From the NCBI GenBank assembly GCA_002633005.1, contig NMRA01000468.1, positions 1-64,000 on the forward strand: a stretch of 64,000 nt of DNA. The letters are read 5' to 3'. A program made the translations under genes and the position numbers. Of this stretch, positions 13,326-26,094 are shown in pieces; position 1 is the first letter of the stretch, and each line of letters begins with the position of its first letter. Origin of the DNA: Phoronis australis. Its lineage: Eukaryota > Animalia > Phoronida. The notes under the pieces were generated by a model. It was not told the DNA's origin. It saw only the letters and a list, made by a program, of their open reading frames with translations, and did not search any database.

Positions 13326-13551
13326 GGCTGGGTGCACGCATGCATTAAAGCTTCAAGTTACCGTCTGAACTCGAAATCTCAAGTTTTTGCTCTAGTTTGT
13401 AGCTCGAATCTAAGGGTCACCAAGTGCAAAGTTGGGCTAGAAACTCGTCTGCATAAACCACATCCGTACACTCAACAGCCGAGGTTGTATTAAAAAAACA
13501 TCAAAAACAATTTCGAGTTCGATTTCGAGTACAAAGATTATAGCTCGGGCC
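13326..13551. mobile_element. MITE-like dispersed repeat (possibly Harbinger-type), related to 48690-48880
   Basis: Shares gtctgaactcgaaat.tc.agttttt.ctc.a.tttgtagctcgaatc...aagtgcaa with the reverse complement of 48790-48880. Ends are approximate. Confidence 0.45.
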
Positions 13552-15447
13552 CTGGTGTCAAGTGCTCAGATTGTGGGGCGTTCGTTCGGAAAATTTCCTC
13601 TTAAAAACTCACTCAGCCTCAACTAGTTTGTCACAAATTCATTTTCGTTGAGCAGTTCATTCATAAAAACGTACAAGATGTTGGCGAACTGTGCATCTAT
13701 TTACATAAAATTTAAAAGTACACTTTTTATGTAAAAAAATCAAAGCCAGCAAAACTTTCACTTTCCGTTTACACGGCACGCAGCCCTTTTTCCAAATAAA
13801 CGCCCGGGCGTTTTGTGCTGTTACTAAAACGCCTGAAAATTTCCATTTTTACACACCCGTGGGATCATCTACGGGAAATCCCGGTAACAACCGGCGCAAG
13901 TGGCCACACATGATAGCGGAGCCTTGTACTGTATCCTTATAGTGGACCGAAGTCAACTAACTGGGTGAGCGCGGGAGGGCCCCGACTCCCAGCCGGCCGT
14001 ATATTCGGCAGTAACACCAGGACGTCGCTTAAAAGCAAGCCTTGCGAGATTACGTGAGATATTGCCGTTTCTTTAAATGAGAATATTTGACTTTTGCTTA
14101 GATTTTACCTACGTCCTAGTATAGGTTCTAGCGTTTCTGAACGCCGCCATACCGTGAATAATACGATTACAAGGAAGTCACGGATTTCCGAAGATAATAA
14201 TGTGGGAATTTTGACCGCTCGTCCTTCTGAGCGGCTTTTACCATGATCAATGAGAGCGCGGTGCCGGAGTCAGGTACAGGTTGTGATGATCGCATTGCCC
14301 GATGCGAGCAAGACCCAATTATGTGTAATTACCCGACCAGAACTGTATTGAACATCTCTGACTGTACATATGGCGAATTTTCAAAATGCATTAAACACTA
14401 ATTTTCGTTAAAAACGAACACCACGGCGGTATTCAGCAGGAAAAAAAAACAAACAAGTACGGTTTTCGTTTTTTTTAAATCGATGAACTAATAATCTAAA
14501 AACTACAACCACTAGGCACGATTGAAGATAAAGTACCGCGCGTATTGATATACTTGGTGGATATACAAACGCTGATCAGAGTTAACAATATCACATGGAT
14601 TCATTTTTTGATATTCATCTCGAGTCGTTTAACCAGATTCATGACCAGGAAACAGTTGTACTTAAATTGTGCCCACTTTTCATTTTTATTACGGACAAAA
14701 AGCTTGAATAGTTATATAGTCAGTGCCACCGAGAGATGTCCAGAGATTCCAAATCTTCAGTTCTGGTTATCACCATATTTGCACTTTTATGATTTGAGAT
14801 TTAATAAAGATAAAACTCAAGTTTATGATGATACGTGAAATGTTTAGTGTACCTGTAATGTGGAAAGTTAAGGGGTGCCGGGATCACAATGAACTTAGCT
14901 AATTAGGTTTCGCAGGCGATCAAAATCTACCACTGTTTTGGTACTGTTTAAAAACTTAGATAAAAAGTTATCAACCCGTTCCCGGTAAGAAAAAAAAACA
15001 AGTCGTCAGAAGCATTAAAAATTAAATAACGCCCAATATCAAACATATCGTTCCTTTGGGAAGTGGCCCTTTGTCAGTGAAGATAAACACAAGTTAACCT
15101 TTTTAGTCGTTTTGTAATATTTATAATGCACCAAGCTAAAACTACTCTCCAGATTTGCAGGCTGTAGGCCTACCTCTGCAAATGTCAGAGAAAACCAAAT
15201 TAGGTGGAGGCCTACTAACAACAACTATTGTTGAGACAGTAATGCTAGCTATTACCTTTCCACTTCACTGTTAGCTCAGATCTACACCAATACAAAAAGC
15301 GTGCTGAATAGGCATTGTAAAAGTTGTCTGGGGCTAAGGGAATCGGGTGACCAGTGTCAGCGAGAAAATCTCCACAGGGCATTGCGGGCTTGCACTTTGA
15401 CCCCGGCTGACCGGAGCCGACAGGGGAACTCGATCACTGCCATTTAC

Positions 15448-15564
15448 CTTGAAGGTAATTTCCTCCATCCCCAGTATTGTTGTATAGAAGTGCAGAGAAT
15501 TTTCAATTGACCTAACCGTCAAAACCAAATGGTCTATGCGAGATACCATTAAACCAGCGCACAT
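15448..15564 (-). CDS. GLOD5: GLOD5-like, coding exon 1 (spliced protein ~129 aa)
   Basis: MCAGLMVSRIDHLVLTVRSIENSLHFYTTILGMEEITFK|gtaaat carries the VOC-family motif DH.VLTV......FY..ILGME. An in-frame TAA lies five codons upstream of the ATG. Confidence 0.93.
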
Positions 15565-15618
15565 ACTGTTTACTGTTTACAGCTGCGAAGTCCTTGAGTT
15601 AGAGGAGCGGTTCCGGGC

Positions 15619-15644
15619 TTTATGAGTAGCCAATCAGCCATTGG
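15619..15644 (-). promoter_or_regulatory. Candidate GLOD5 core promoter: two CCAAT boxes and a TATA-like CATAAA
   Basis: CCAAT at 15630-15634, ATTGG at 15640-15644 and minus-strand CATAAA at 15619-15624, about 55-80 nt upstream of the ATG. Confidence 0.45.
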
Positions 15645-15897
15645 GTCCCCGCTCCTTGATTGCTTTTTAAAAACAGTTATTTCTGGATACCCGCGAATTC
15701 CTAGTGACTTTTCGTCGAACAGTGTGTGAGAAATTTAGCTTTTGTTCTTTTCAACTAATCATTTTGAGTGAACAGTTAAAAATAACTGACAATACAAACA
15801 GGATTTTTGTCAAGTGGTCCGTCATTCGTCAGCGAAAGCATGTCTTATGTCTTGAGGTCACCACCAGATGACGCGGCTAGTTGGTTGTGTTGCTGTG

Positions 15898-16307
15898 CGT
15901 GAACTTGGAATCCTGCTAAATCTTAAGATTAAGCAGAAGAGATTGTTGTGTGAACTAGGAATTGAATGTTTTTCAGGCAAAAAGGTAAAATTTTTGTTCG
16001 GTGAAAAAAAAAATGTAATTATTGGCCTCCCGATCAACCATTTTCTCCTTTACCGTAACTTGTGTCGCTGAAACGGAGGTAGGCCTATGTGTGAATGGTG
16101 TTTGGTGAAACTGATCGCCCGTAATTGAAAAGGTTGGTTGAAATTGACACTATTTTATTCAAATGTAACTTGATTTAGTGCAGTGCAAATTTTTGTGAAA
16201 TGAACATGATTATTTGAGTGAACTTGTCTAGTTGCCACGCGTATTCCTAGTTCACGCAACGCTCACTTCCGTTTAATCTTGAGATTAAGCAGGATTCCAA
16301 GTTCACG
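15898..16307. mobile_element. MITE with ~65-bp terminal inverted repeats, just upstream of GLOD5
   Basis: Left arm cgtgaacttggaatcctgctaaatcttaagattaa...gtgaactaggaat pairs with right arm attcctagttcacg...ttaatcttgagattaagcaggattccaagttcacg. Flanks are TG and TA (possible TA TSD). Confidence 0.7.
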
Positions 16308-18620
16308 TACACGCAGTGAAACTCCAGGAAAAAGACACCTTCACTCAGCAACCTTTTGCTCCATCATCCTACGTACGGTATGTATTTGAATGTTGTGTGA
16401 ATGTCATTATGCACCTCCTCACTGGAAGGGCTAACTGGTACAATTGAGCAACCCAAACCTTGACTGCTCGGTTACAAGTATAAAAATATGTTGAGTTTAC
16501 AATCCGAACTCCCAAACGTCACATGACTTATCTTCCATGCAGGAAGTGAAACTGTATGACACTGATTACCACGGTGTGCTGTTTCACACTGTGACGGTAA
16601 ACCGCTAATATTTTCAATGTCTTTCTGGTGCTGATTCAGCTTATTACACGTAGTGAGAACTGCCAGACACAGCTTGCAAAAATGAAAAAATAATGATGTT
16701 GGCAAAATTCAAAACAGATCTACCGTGTCCTTTTCAGTTGTTGTGCGTTATTCAGTCATTAGCACAGGCACTCTCGTGACAGCCGCTTGGTACGATACTA
16801 AAACAAAGAGAAACATGAACAACTGCTGTCCGATATGGTCGCCCTCCAGGCACTTCCGGATCAACTCAAATTATGCTATCAGTACCTCCGGGTTTTTTAT
16901 ATGATCTCAACCATTCACCGTCAATATGTCCTCGCCATCCCATGTGCCCGTAAGTACACCAGTAGGCTAGAGGCATGCTGATCGTTAGGATGCTCAAATG
17001 TCACAAGAATGCTTACATCAACTAAAAACAGTGTCTGGTGGTTGAAAATATTGGATAGCAGTTGTTCCCCTTTCTCGTTATTTAGTATATAGTCCGGTTA
17101 CCTATTGTCGTCAGGCTCCAAAGGTCGTCCGCCATCTTGTTTCGCGTGCAGCGCAACCACGCGGGACTTAGTGTTCCAATTTGGAGTGCTCGTGTGCACG
17201 TTAGGTACTAACTTATCGGAAGAGACACGTATCAAAGTAATGAGACAAAATTCGGTGAGTTTACCGATTGTTTTTTAAAACCCCTTAAAAATCAGTAGAT
17301 TTTACTAATACACTTTTTTGTGCGTTTTCAGAAGATGTTTTCGAATTTAAATTTTCTTCCGACGGGACACAAAACATGATCCAGGGTTTGTTTATGCAAT
17401 GTATCTGTTTGTCCCAGGCACTAGTAGGATCTAGAAGGCCAAAGGAAAAATCCGCAGACAAATGCGATACGCTGGGTTCTTAACATTTTTGCCTCACGTT
17501 CACCATTAAACTGCATTGAAATGTTGACCAATTGGCTTTTATTGGAAACCACAGTGCAGAGCTCAACATCAAAGCTTCAAATCGAGTTTATGTCAATAAA
17601 AACAGGCTGTTGCAATTTTCATTACTTCGTTGGCCTTTTTCTGCATGTTTCTCAGTTTTTACAAAAGGGGGCAGCATATGACGAACTTAGGTGTCACAAT
17701 AAAATGGCTGCCGAAGGCAGTGCACATTTGAAATAACTCGGCACAAATTAAAGAAAACTTCCGAATCGATGAATGCGGTATATCTGTGAGAGTTAAATCG
17801 AATCCTATTCAGATCATAACTTTGAAGTGGAATAATTCGGTGAGTACAACAGCAAGTCGGTTTTATGCTTAGGCGGACGACCATTGGGTTCCTGAGTATA
17901 CATAACGTTGAGCAGCTGGTAAAGGTGTCTATGGTGCAAGGTTGTGAACAGAGCTGTTGTGACTTGATACACAGGTTCTCGTGCAGCTTACCTTTACTCC
18001 TATGAAAGCTTGAATACACGCTTGAGATGAAGACCCACAAACGCAGACGTCCTGCGTGCAGCAGGGCCACACGAAGAGAGCTCTCGATTCCCCAATCACG
18101 TGACAAAACTAGAACTTACAACATCCGGCCACTGACGGAAACCCACGGACGAACACGAACACACAGACAACACGAAAGACGAGACCACACAAACCAACAT
18201 TCACAACAGAACGTTGATCTATTGATCCAGTGAAGAGCTTAAACACTGTCTTCAACATTTGACAATTGTTTGGGAAACTCTTCAGACTTTGTCGATTTGG
18301 CTTGGTCAAAGTACTTCTTGACATGAACTTTGAAGTAAGGTTCTGAAAAGGCATACACTTAGTTTACCTAATTATCGGACGGACCCTAAATATCGGACAT
18401 TTCATACAATCTTACTTGAAGCATAATCTGAGAATTAAATGACACCAATTTTTGTTCCGCTGTAATGCATTCAATGTCCGGCACTGTCTCGTTTTTTTCT
18501 AGTGTTGCCTCGGTTTGATTTTACCGCTAGAGGGTGCAATTTTGACTCCCAAGTCGGCCTAAAACGGATGATCGCATAAATCGGTTATAAAAGTTGAAAA
18601 CAAAATCTTTTTCAACAATG

Positions 18621-19841
18621 AAATGAAAGCGCTCCGAGGAGCGAAACTTGGCGAAATTAACCAAAAAGATGACGATAAAGATGATGACGAAGATGACGAA
18701 TATGACGACGATGGTGGCGAGGATGAACAAAAGAAGTAATAATAACATACACATGACGAACGTAAAAGTCCGAAATCAGTAAGAAAAAGGCTACAGTCTT
18801 GTGCAACACTTGGCGAAATTAACGGAAAAGACAACGACGGAGATGATGACGAAGATGATGACGATGATGACGAATATGATGGTGGTGGCGATGATGAACA
18901 ACATCACAACATTCATATGACGAACTTAGATGTCATAAATCAATAAGAAATAGGCTATAGTCTAGTTCAATAGAAGATAAACCAACATCAATGCAGCAAG
19001 AGCGCTCAACAAAGGAACAGCGTTATCGGAAAAACTCAAATAACTCGAAAAGTAGAGGTCCTAGCAAAGAATGGAAAACATCTTCTGAAAGCCTGTTCAA
19101 AATTCTATCTAAACTGATGGTATCGCCTAATTCCGTAAATTTTTCGAAAAAAATGAAATTTTGCGTTTTTTTAAGAAATTCAAAGTCAAATAACTCGAAA
19201 ACGGTAAGTCTGAGAAAAAAATTGTTAAGGCCATTTGAAAGAATATACTTCAAAGAATCCACATGCAAAAAATCACATCATTTTCTCTTCCCGTTTAAAA
19301 TCGCACTCCAGTACGACTGAAAATGGGTCAACATGCGCCAGATCCGCCATCTTGAAAGCAACTTCTGGTTTTTTGGCTTTGTATAATAGCATGTGATAAG
19401 AAACTAATACCTGTAAAAATTCGAAGGAATTGGTCTTATAATGCGCCCTCTACAAGAGAAAACGTTCTTAGGCCAAAATCGAGGTGCGCATGCGCGATCG
19501 CCGATATTTCCGCCATCTTTAACCGGAAGTAAGCAATTTCTGGTATACTAATAGCAAACTTCCGGTCCATTTACTGTGCCGATTCTTAGCCTTTTACGTA
19601 AAAAGTTGTAGCCTCCAGAAGCATTTGAACCTTTAAATGAAAACAAAATGGCCGCCACAGCCGCCATCCTGGATCCGATTTTGACGAAAAACAATAGGCA
19701 TCCATTACTTCCGGAACTACGTGTTATGTGTAAATTTCGTGATGATCGGACGAAAATTGCGACCTGTATCGTGCGAAAAAACAAAAAAAACAAACTTAGT
19801 GACAGAGCAACATACTTGGCGAAATTTATTTCGCCAAGTAA
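18621..19841 (-). mobile_element. Helentron-associated non-autonomous element (HINE/DINE-1-like)
   Basis: Terminal hairpin tacttggcgaaat-tt-atttcgccaagta at 19813-19840. The same subTIR acttggcgaaat occurs at 18646 beside the short palindrome cgctcc-ga-ggagcg (18630-18643). Internal diverged repeats (aaataactcgaaaa; ccgccatc). Confidence 0.75.
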
Positions 19842-20045
19842 TCATCTCACTGAACTGACAATATGTCTCTGTTTCATTTTTTCAAACATCGACCGCACAC
19901 GTGCGTGTGTCATATCAGGAAGGCAGAGATACTAAAAACTTCACTGAGTTTGCACGTGCTTTAGTCGTCTGCACTGATTCAGCAAAACGCCACATGCTGT
20001 CACCAGACTTCATGTTATGGATAATTTTGTTGGCCACTGTATTAT

Positions 20046-20093
20046 GACTTCTGAGGATGGTGTTTAATAAATGACACCGAAACATGTCAAGTT
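20046..20093 (+). ncRNA. Minimal type I hammerhead ribozyme (Penelope-like retroelement type)
   Basis: GACTT-CTGAGGA-T-GGTGT(ttaataaatg)ACACC-GAAA-CATG-TC-AAGTT: stem I gactt/aagtt, CUGANGA core, 5-bp stem II, GAAA, palindromic ACATGT stem III and a GUC cleavage triplet ending at 20088. Confidence 0.75.
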
Positions 20094-23000
20094 TTAAAAC
20101 CGTAGTTATTTTCTTGAATTTATGCTGCCACTTGCTATCATGGAGAACAATTCAATAAAGGTTAGCCTTTATTTCAGCAAAGAATTTACAACAATCCGTA
20201 GTATTTTCAATTATATATAATGGAAAATGTGCCACTTGACTGTAGACATGTCATAACATTCCGCTGAAGATGTGAGCTCCATCCTCAAGTTGGGTTACCT
20301 TCACTGCGGACAACCACATTACGAGTGTGCAGTGTCTCAGACAATACATTGCACCTTACTGTTTGACACAGTACAAACTGAGGTAATATAAGTAGATGGA
20401 CTGATTTTTCTTCATCATTATTTCCTTATGAAATTTCCTAGAAAGTAAAATTTCACTTTTCTGTCATATTCTATGGGAAATAGATGAGCGACTACTGTTT
20501 TATGATTAGAGCATTCTTAGGAGACAGTGGTTTCCAGACTAAAAAATTCAAACATGTCTCGTTTACAACCTCTTTGAAAATTTAGACAGTGTGCAGCACA
20601 TGCATATCGAGCGAACACACAAAAAATTATTTTTTGTTCAAAATGAAAAAGTCTATCGTGTCACGTGTTATTTTTAACAGATCAGAGGCAAAACCAAACA
20701 GGTCGCGGCGACCTGTTAAAACAGGTATTGGAGAACTCTGAATTAGCATATCTCTTCATGCTTGATAATAGTGACCATGAATGATGATCAAATAAAGACT
20801 TCCTAAATTGATTATTACTGCACTGCTTGAGTAAGATATGAGAGAGGCTGCAACAAGCTGTTACACAAAAATGTCTCGTGTAAACATATTTTAAGGAGTA
20901 CATTTTTGTTGAACATATGCACACCAGCTTGACGTCATGCTTATAAGGAAGTATGTGTGAGGGTTTAATAATGAAGAAATGTGCCTTTATGGTTGATTTT
21001 TAAGTCCAACAGATATATTACTTTAGTTCTTTCAAGAACTTAAGTTTTCAAGAGACTTAAGTTTCAATAGGGCATTCAAAAAATTCGAATATACCGGTAA
21101 AAGAAAAATCAAACAAGAGTAGAGTGCAACAACAATTTAATGATTTCCATACATAATTTAACAAAAGTAGAGTTCTATTAACATTCCATTAACAGTGATT
21201 ATTTGCAGAAAATAAAATGTATTTGCTCAAAATACACCCGTTCCTTAAAATAACTGGGCATGTGAATACACGAACCAAAAAACTATTCAAAAATCGTGAG
21301 AACCATATAGACAAAAAACTAAAACAACTAAATCGGGCTAATAATATATTCATACACGCATCTTTCTCAGTCTAGATAACAATATGTGAAAATTGGGGGA
21401 TAGAAATGAAATTTACCATATATACAGAGCAATTATTAATTACTAAATCGGGATTCACACCCAATGAAAAAAGTGATTACATAGCCAGGACTACAACAAA
21501 AGTCTATGCACGGACATGTTCTGCTAAAATTACAGCAATGACACTAGAAGTAACAAATCACCGAGCATGTAAAAGCCAAGAATTACCGTACCCTCCAAAC
21601 GCATTTTACCCCCAAAACCTATTTTACTAAATAAAACAAAAGGATGATAATTTTGTACACTAATACACAAGGAAGAACTGAGCGTTCCTTTTCCAGCAAT
21701 TAATGAGAAATTATCCTTGTCTAACAAAGACAAGAACATAAAATAAAACTTCGGGTTACAAAGTTTGTTATCAAGGGTGACAGGTGTGATTTTTGAGAGG
21801 AACTGGTAGATTTTTACTGCAATCTTAAGGCTAGAAATAGCGTCTCACTTATGAGTTTCAACTGTTCAAAATATCAATTTAAAGTGGAAGTTTCATTTTT
21901 GACAGTCATAGAAACAATAAATCCTGTACACTATTTTGGTACATGTAACTTTCAGAAAAAGCAACCCCAAGTACAATCTGATTATAAGAGGTGGAATTTA
22001 GAAAACTGTAACTCTTGATAAAACAGTTATTCACTTTTCTTTATATTTAAAGCTACCTTCTACATATGTTTATGCTTCACCACAAGCTATTTGAATGTTA
22101 ATTTTCTTTAGCTTCTTCTGCTTGTTAAGCAAGTGTACAATGTTTTGTGACTACAAACACCTTTGTGAGATCATATAATTGCATTCATTGGTCCACAAGC
22201 TACTGTTCATAAATGCGTACGCTGTGTTGACTTGGTAGCCCACCTTTATTCATCAGTAGTTAAAGCCACTCTCTTCAATAAAGTAAAGAGGACAAAATTT
22301 TACAATAGACATGAAAGCCATTGATATAAGACTTAAAGTTAACTTGCTGTATGATTGTTGTGCTGTTTATCCTACATTACTTGGTAAAACTCATATGTAC
22401 TCACTAATGTATAAAAATAAACTAGACCTTCCAACTCAGACTCAAATCATTCTCAAGGATTCAAGTACAAATTTTTAAGTTTACTTCAAGCATGTGATGC
22501 AATGGGTCAGTTTTCGAGTTGATTTTCAAATAGAGTTTTAATCCTTCGTTCACTATTGCGACATTCAAAATAAATTTATTCTATATGACTTGAGTACAAA
22601 ATATGCTTGTAAATGTTTTCAAAACCTGCCGTTCAACAAATCGCCGTAAAACTAGAGCAAGTCGTGCATAACAAGACATGACCTGTTGATAAGTTGGAAC
22701 TAATGATCAGGTGGCGATACCGTTAGCAACTTATCATCAAATTTTCATTCTTTTTATCAGGGAACTTAAGTTTGTTTACACAGTTAGCCTGATAAGGTAG
22801 TACAGAACATAATAAGCTGCTAGTTGTATTTCATACCAGCAGTCTGGAGCACTGTCCTGAAATGCTGTTACTCAAGTTATGAGGGGTGTTCTATGTACTG
22901 TCAGCATTCGTAAACAGTTCAACAGGCACAAGCATACTTTTGCTTCTGCCTTTCAAAACTTATAGAAAAGCCAGGAAGCTTTTCATTGGTTTAAACAAAT

Positions 23001-25568
23001 GGCTACTAGACAATGTGAGCATCTTCTGTTAAAGCTTACAAGCAAATTGGCTACTTAACCAAGGACATTTTCCTCTTAGCTTGTTTCAAATTCCAACTCT
23101 GATAACAGCATTATTTTTGTCTGAACAATGGAACCTATGAAGTCTACCAGTGTGAGTGTTAAAGTCCAGTGCCCCCACTGTGGCGATTGTTTCGATGCGT
23201 ATGTTTGGATTTCTAGTTTTCCCAAATGCTTCGCCAGGCTGATACCTGAAAACAATGAGGAGTTGTTAGCAGACATAACCCATTTGATTCACAAAGAAAA
23301 TTGTCCATGTAAAGATACTGTCATTCATCAAAACAGTTCTGGGTAAAAATTATTATTTCCTGTACTCTGACCAATCGCTTCATTGGCTGACATTTTCAGG
23401 TATTAGAGCGAGGTTCCAATCAAGTTTCTTGAGAGAAAAGCAAGATCATGCAAGTCTACATGTGACTACAATAGCTCAATTCATGAACTCAAGTCGTATG
23501 TTCATCCAAGAGAACATCCCCTTCCCAACAATTTGGTTCGGTCAAAGAGCACCCAGGCGTCAACCATGGTTTCCTTCATGGCCTTGAATGCTTTGATTTT
23601 TATAATAATAGCTGTTGATCTTGCATCGTATCCCAATTTTTAATTCTGAATATTGCCAGCTTCCGTGGGTGATTTAGAATTTTATTCCGTATTACGGTAT
23701 ACTAGTACGCTACTGTTCCACATCACGGTAAAAATGCCGATCAGGCACATTTTTCTTACTTGTGAATGATTCAGTACGGTTAGATCTGAGTTTTGCATGT
23801 TTTACTGTGGTTATTTGTTGATTAGTGAGAATTCATTTGGGTACACTTTGACCTATGTGGAGGGGGGGGTGCTCGAGTAACTACATGTAGATGCGATCTC
23901 ATATTCAAAATTCAGGTCAACCCGACAAACCTGGGCAAACAACCTACCACGTCTCTAAGTAAATGATCTTATACTACTATGCCTCTAGATACCAATGACA
24001 AACCTGTTCTCCAGAAACCTGGACAATCGGTGAAAAATGATTTTGAGAACCAAGCAGTCACTGAAAGTTGCAAATGTTAATTGTCTATTAACAAGATGAT
24101 ATTTCAAAGCTAGGGACTACCAAGAATAATTACATACACAAAAACTTGTTTAAACACATTCAATGCCAATATACCCAACCTGAGAACTACATGAGTACAT
24201 GAAAAACTTAGGTTTTATGAAAAAAATAGTTATGAGTAAACTTAAAGATATATTTTCACGCTCCTAACTATCCTAATTTATAGCAGGAACTAAACGGCAA
24301 TGCTGTTTATCATAAGAAAGTGCAGTTATGTTCATTGACAACTTGTATATGCCAATACAAAAAAATCTGCAAGCGGGTGACCTTTGCACTAATGAGTAAC
24401 CTCGTGAACTCACATAGCCCGCGTCACTCAGTGTTATTCCTCAACACCATATCACAATACTTACTGGAGACGGTTCAGTGATTTGAAGCGGATCTTTTTC
24501 GATCGCCACAAAACTCGTTCTTAAAATCCTTTGGCAATATTCAACCTACTTCATAATCGCATCATTGCTATATGTTGTGTTTCTAACTAATTTGGCTAAG
24601 CAGAGTTGAGGAATTAGCCAGCAAGTTCCACTTTAAGTCTTACGTTTATGATTTGAAAAACTAATTTCATCAAAAAATGTAGGTTCGTCTTGGTGGTGGC
24701 CTCAACATTTCAAAAAGACCCCTTTCATTAACAATTGATGTTTAAAAACATGAGCTCGAACTTAGTGTTTCAAAGGGATTGAATAAGCGTGATTTGTTGT
24801 CAACAACACATTTCCAACAAAACATTAACATGTATTTTTTATGAATATAACTCAGGGACAGACTGGTATTGAAAAGCTTGTTTTCGTTGAAGAAGGTTGT
24901 CTTTCTAAACTAGGTCAAAGGTTGCATTGTCTTTCTAAACTAGGTTGCATTGGGTAAGTTATCAGGTCTTCCTCATCTGAATGTAATTTGTTTAACTGAT
25001 ATGTGACACAGAGCAAGTAGGTGACAAAGTTATCTTACTCTGGTGGGTAGAAAACGACTTTTCTTATGATTGAGAAGTTGGAGTCTTCACCACCACCATG
25101 ATGTGGCTAATTGTGTTGTTAACACTATGAATGTGCGTGACTGTTTTGGCCACTTGTTAAGCACCATCCCGATGTTAGAGGGCACTAAATAATTGTGGGT
25201 CTGTTTTATCACAGATTTGTTCTTTAGTTGTGGCTAAGACGGTTGTTGGCGGCATATTATCGCAAAAGCGAGGCTGCGTTTTTAATGAAAGCAAAACCCT
25301 GAGACAGCAGTCATCTTGGGGCATATGTTAAGCTGGGCTTCCAAATTTGAGGGGATTTTCAATTTAAAGGGGTCAATATGAGAAAGGTGTGATCCATGTT
25401 CATGCTAAGACTAAGCTAAAAGTATGTTCCATGTCTATACCTACTGAAAGTGGACCCATAGCCGCTGGATTTTCCGACATTTCGAAATCACATCAGTATT
25501 CTTAACTGAGGACTACTATGAATATACTCCCCTGTATATTATTTGTCCAGCACTGGTTCTTTTCAGAC

Positions 25569-25746
25569 ATGAGTCAAGAGAAAACCGACTACGGCAGCAC
25601 CGGGCAACCACCATACCCACAGCCAGGAGCTCCACCTATGGGTGCACCTAATGAACCGCCTCCACAGTATCAGCCCCCCAATGCTCAAGTACCCCCACCC
25701 CAAGGAGCTTATCCCCCGCAGGGTGCATACCCCCCACCACAACAAG
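25569..25746 (+). CDS. LITAF: LITAF/CDIP1-family protein, first coding exon (Pro/Gln/Tyr-rich, PPxY motif)
   Basis: Acceptor tttcag ends at 25566; ATG at 25569; MSQEKTDYGSTGQPPYPQ...EPPPQY...YPPPQQ g|gtaagc (phase 1). Confidence 0.88.
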
Positions 25747-26076
25747 GTAAGCCTTACATGTTCACGGTTTAGAATACAACCAAGTATTGAGAGACTAATC
25801 GCTATGTTTTTTTTCTTAACCCCATTACATCTGTGTGACGTTCTCAGCACGTCCAAGGACATCCAATCACCGTGTTGAAATAAGCTGGGGTCAGACAGAA
25901 GCAGGCAACTTTGACAAAACACTCGCAGCAAAAGAGGAAAGTAGAATTGGGGTCGAGATTGTTGAGGCTTATAATATAGACATGAGCATTTCCATTGAGT
26001 TTTTACATGGCCATCCCTGACACTGCAGCTGCTGGGCTTTGCAAGCTTTCCTCTTACATTTGCTAATCAATTTCAG

Positions 26077-26094
26077 GTTACCATGGATACCCAG
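26077..26094 (+). CDS. LITAF: Candidate 18-nt frame-preserving microexon of the LITAF-like gene (adds YHGYPG)
   Basis: tgctaat branch-point motif, then tttcag|GTTACCATGGATACCCAG|gtatat. Phase 1/1; the peptide matches the G-Y-P repeats on either side. Confidence 0.6.

Noticed and set aside
13900-14040. GC-rich stretch with a weak B-box-like motif (possible tRNA or SINE)
   Set aside because: No cloverleaf and no canonical GTTCGA; cannot be supported.
18527-18834. Hydrophobic and Ser-rich ORFs in the ORF track
   Set aside because: They are antisense readings of the GAT/GAC microsatellite inside the HINE element.
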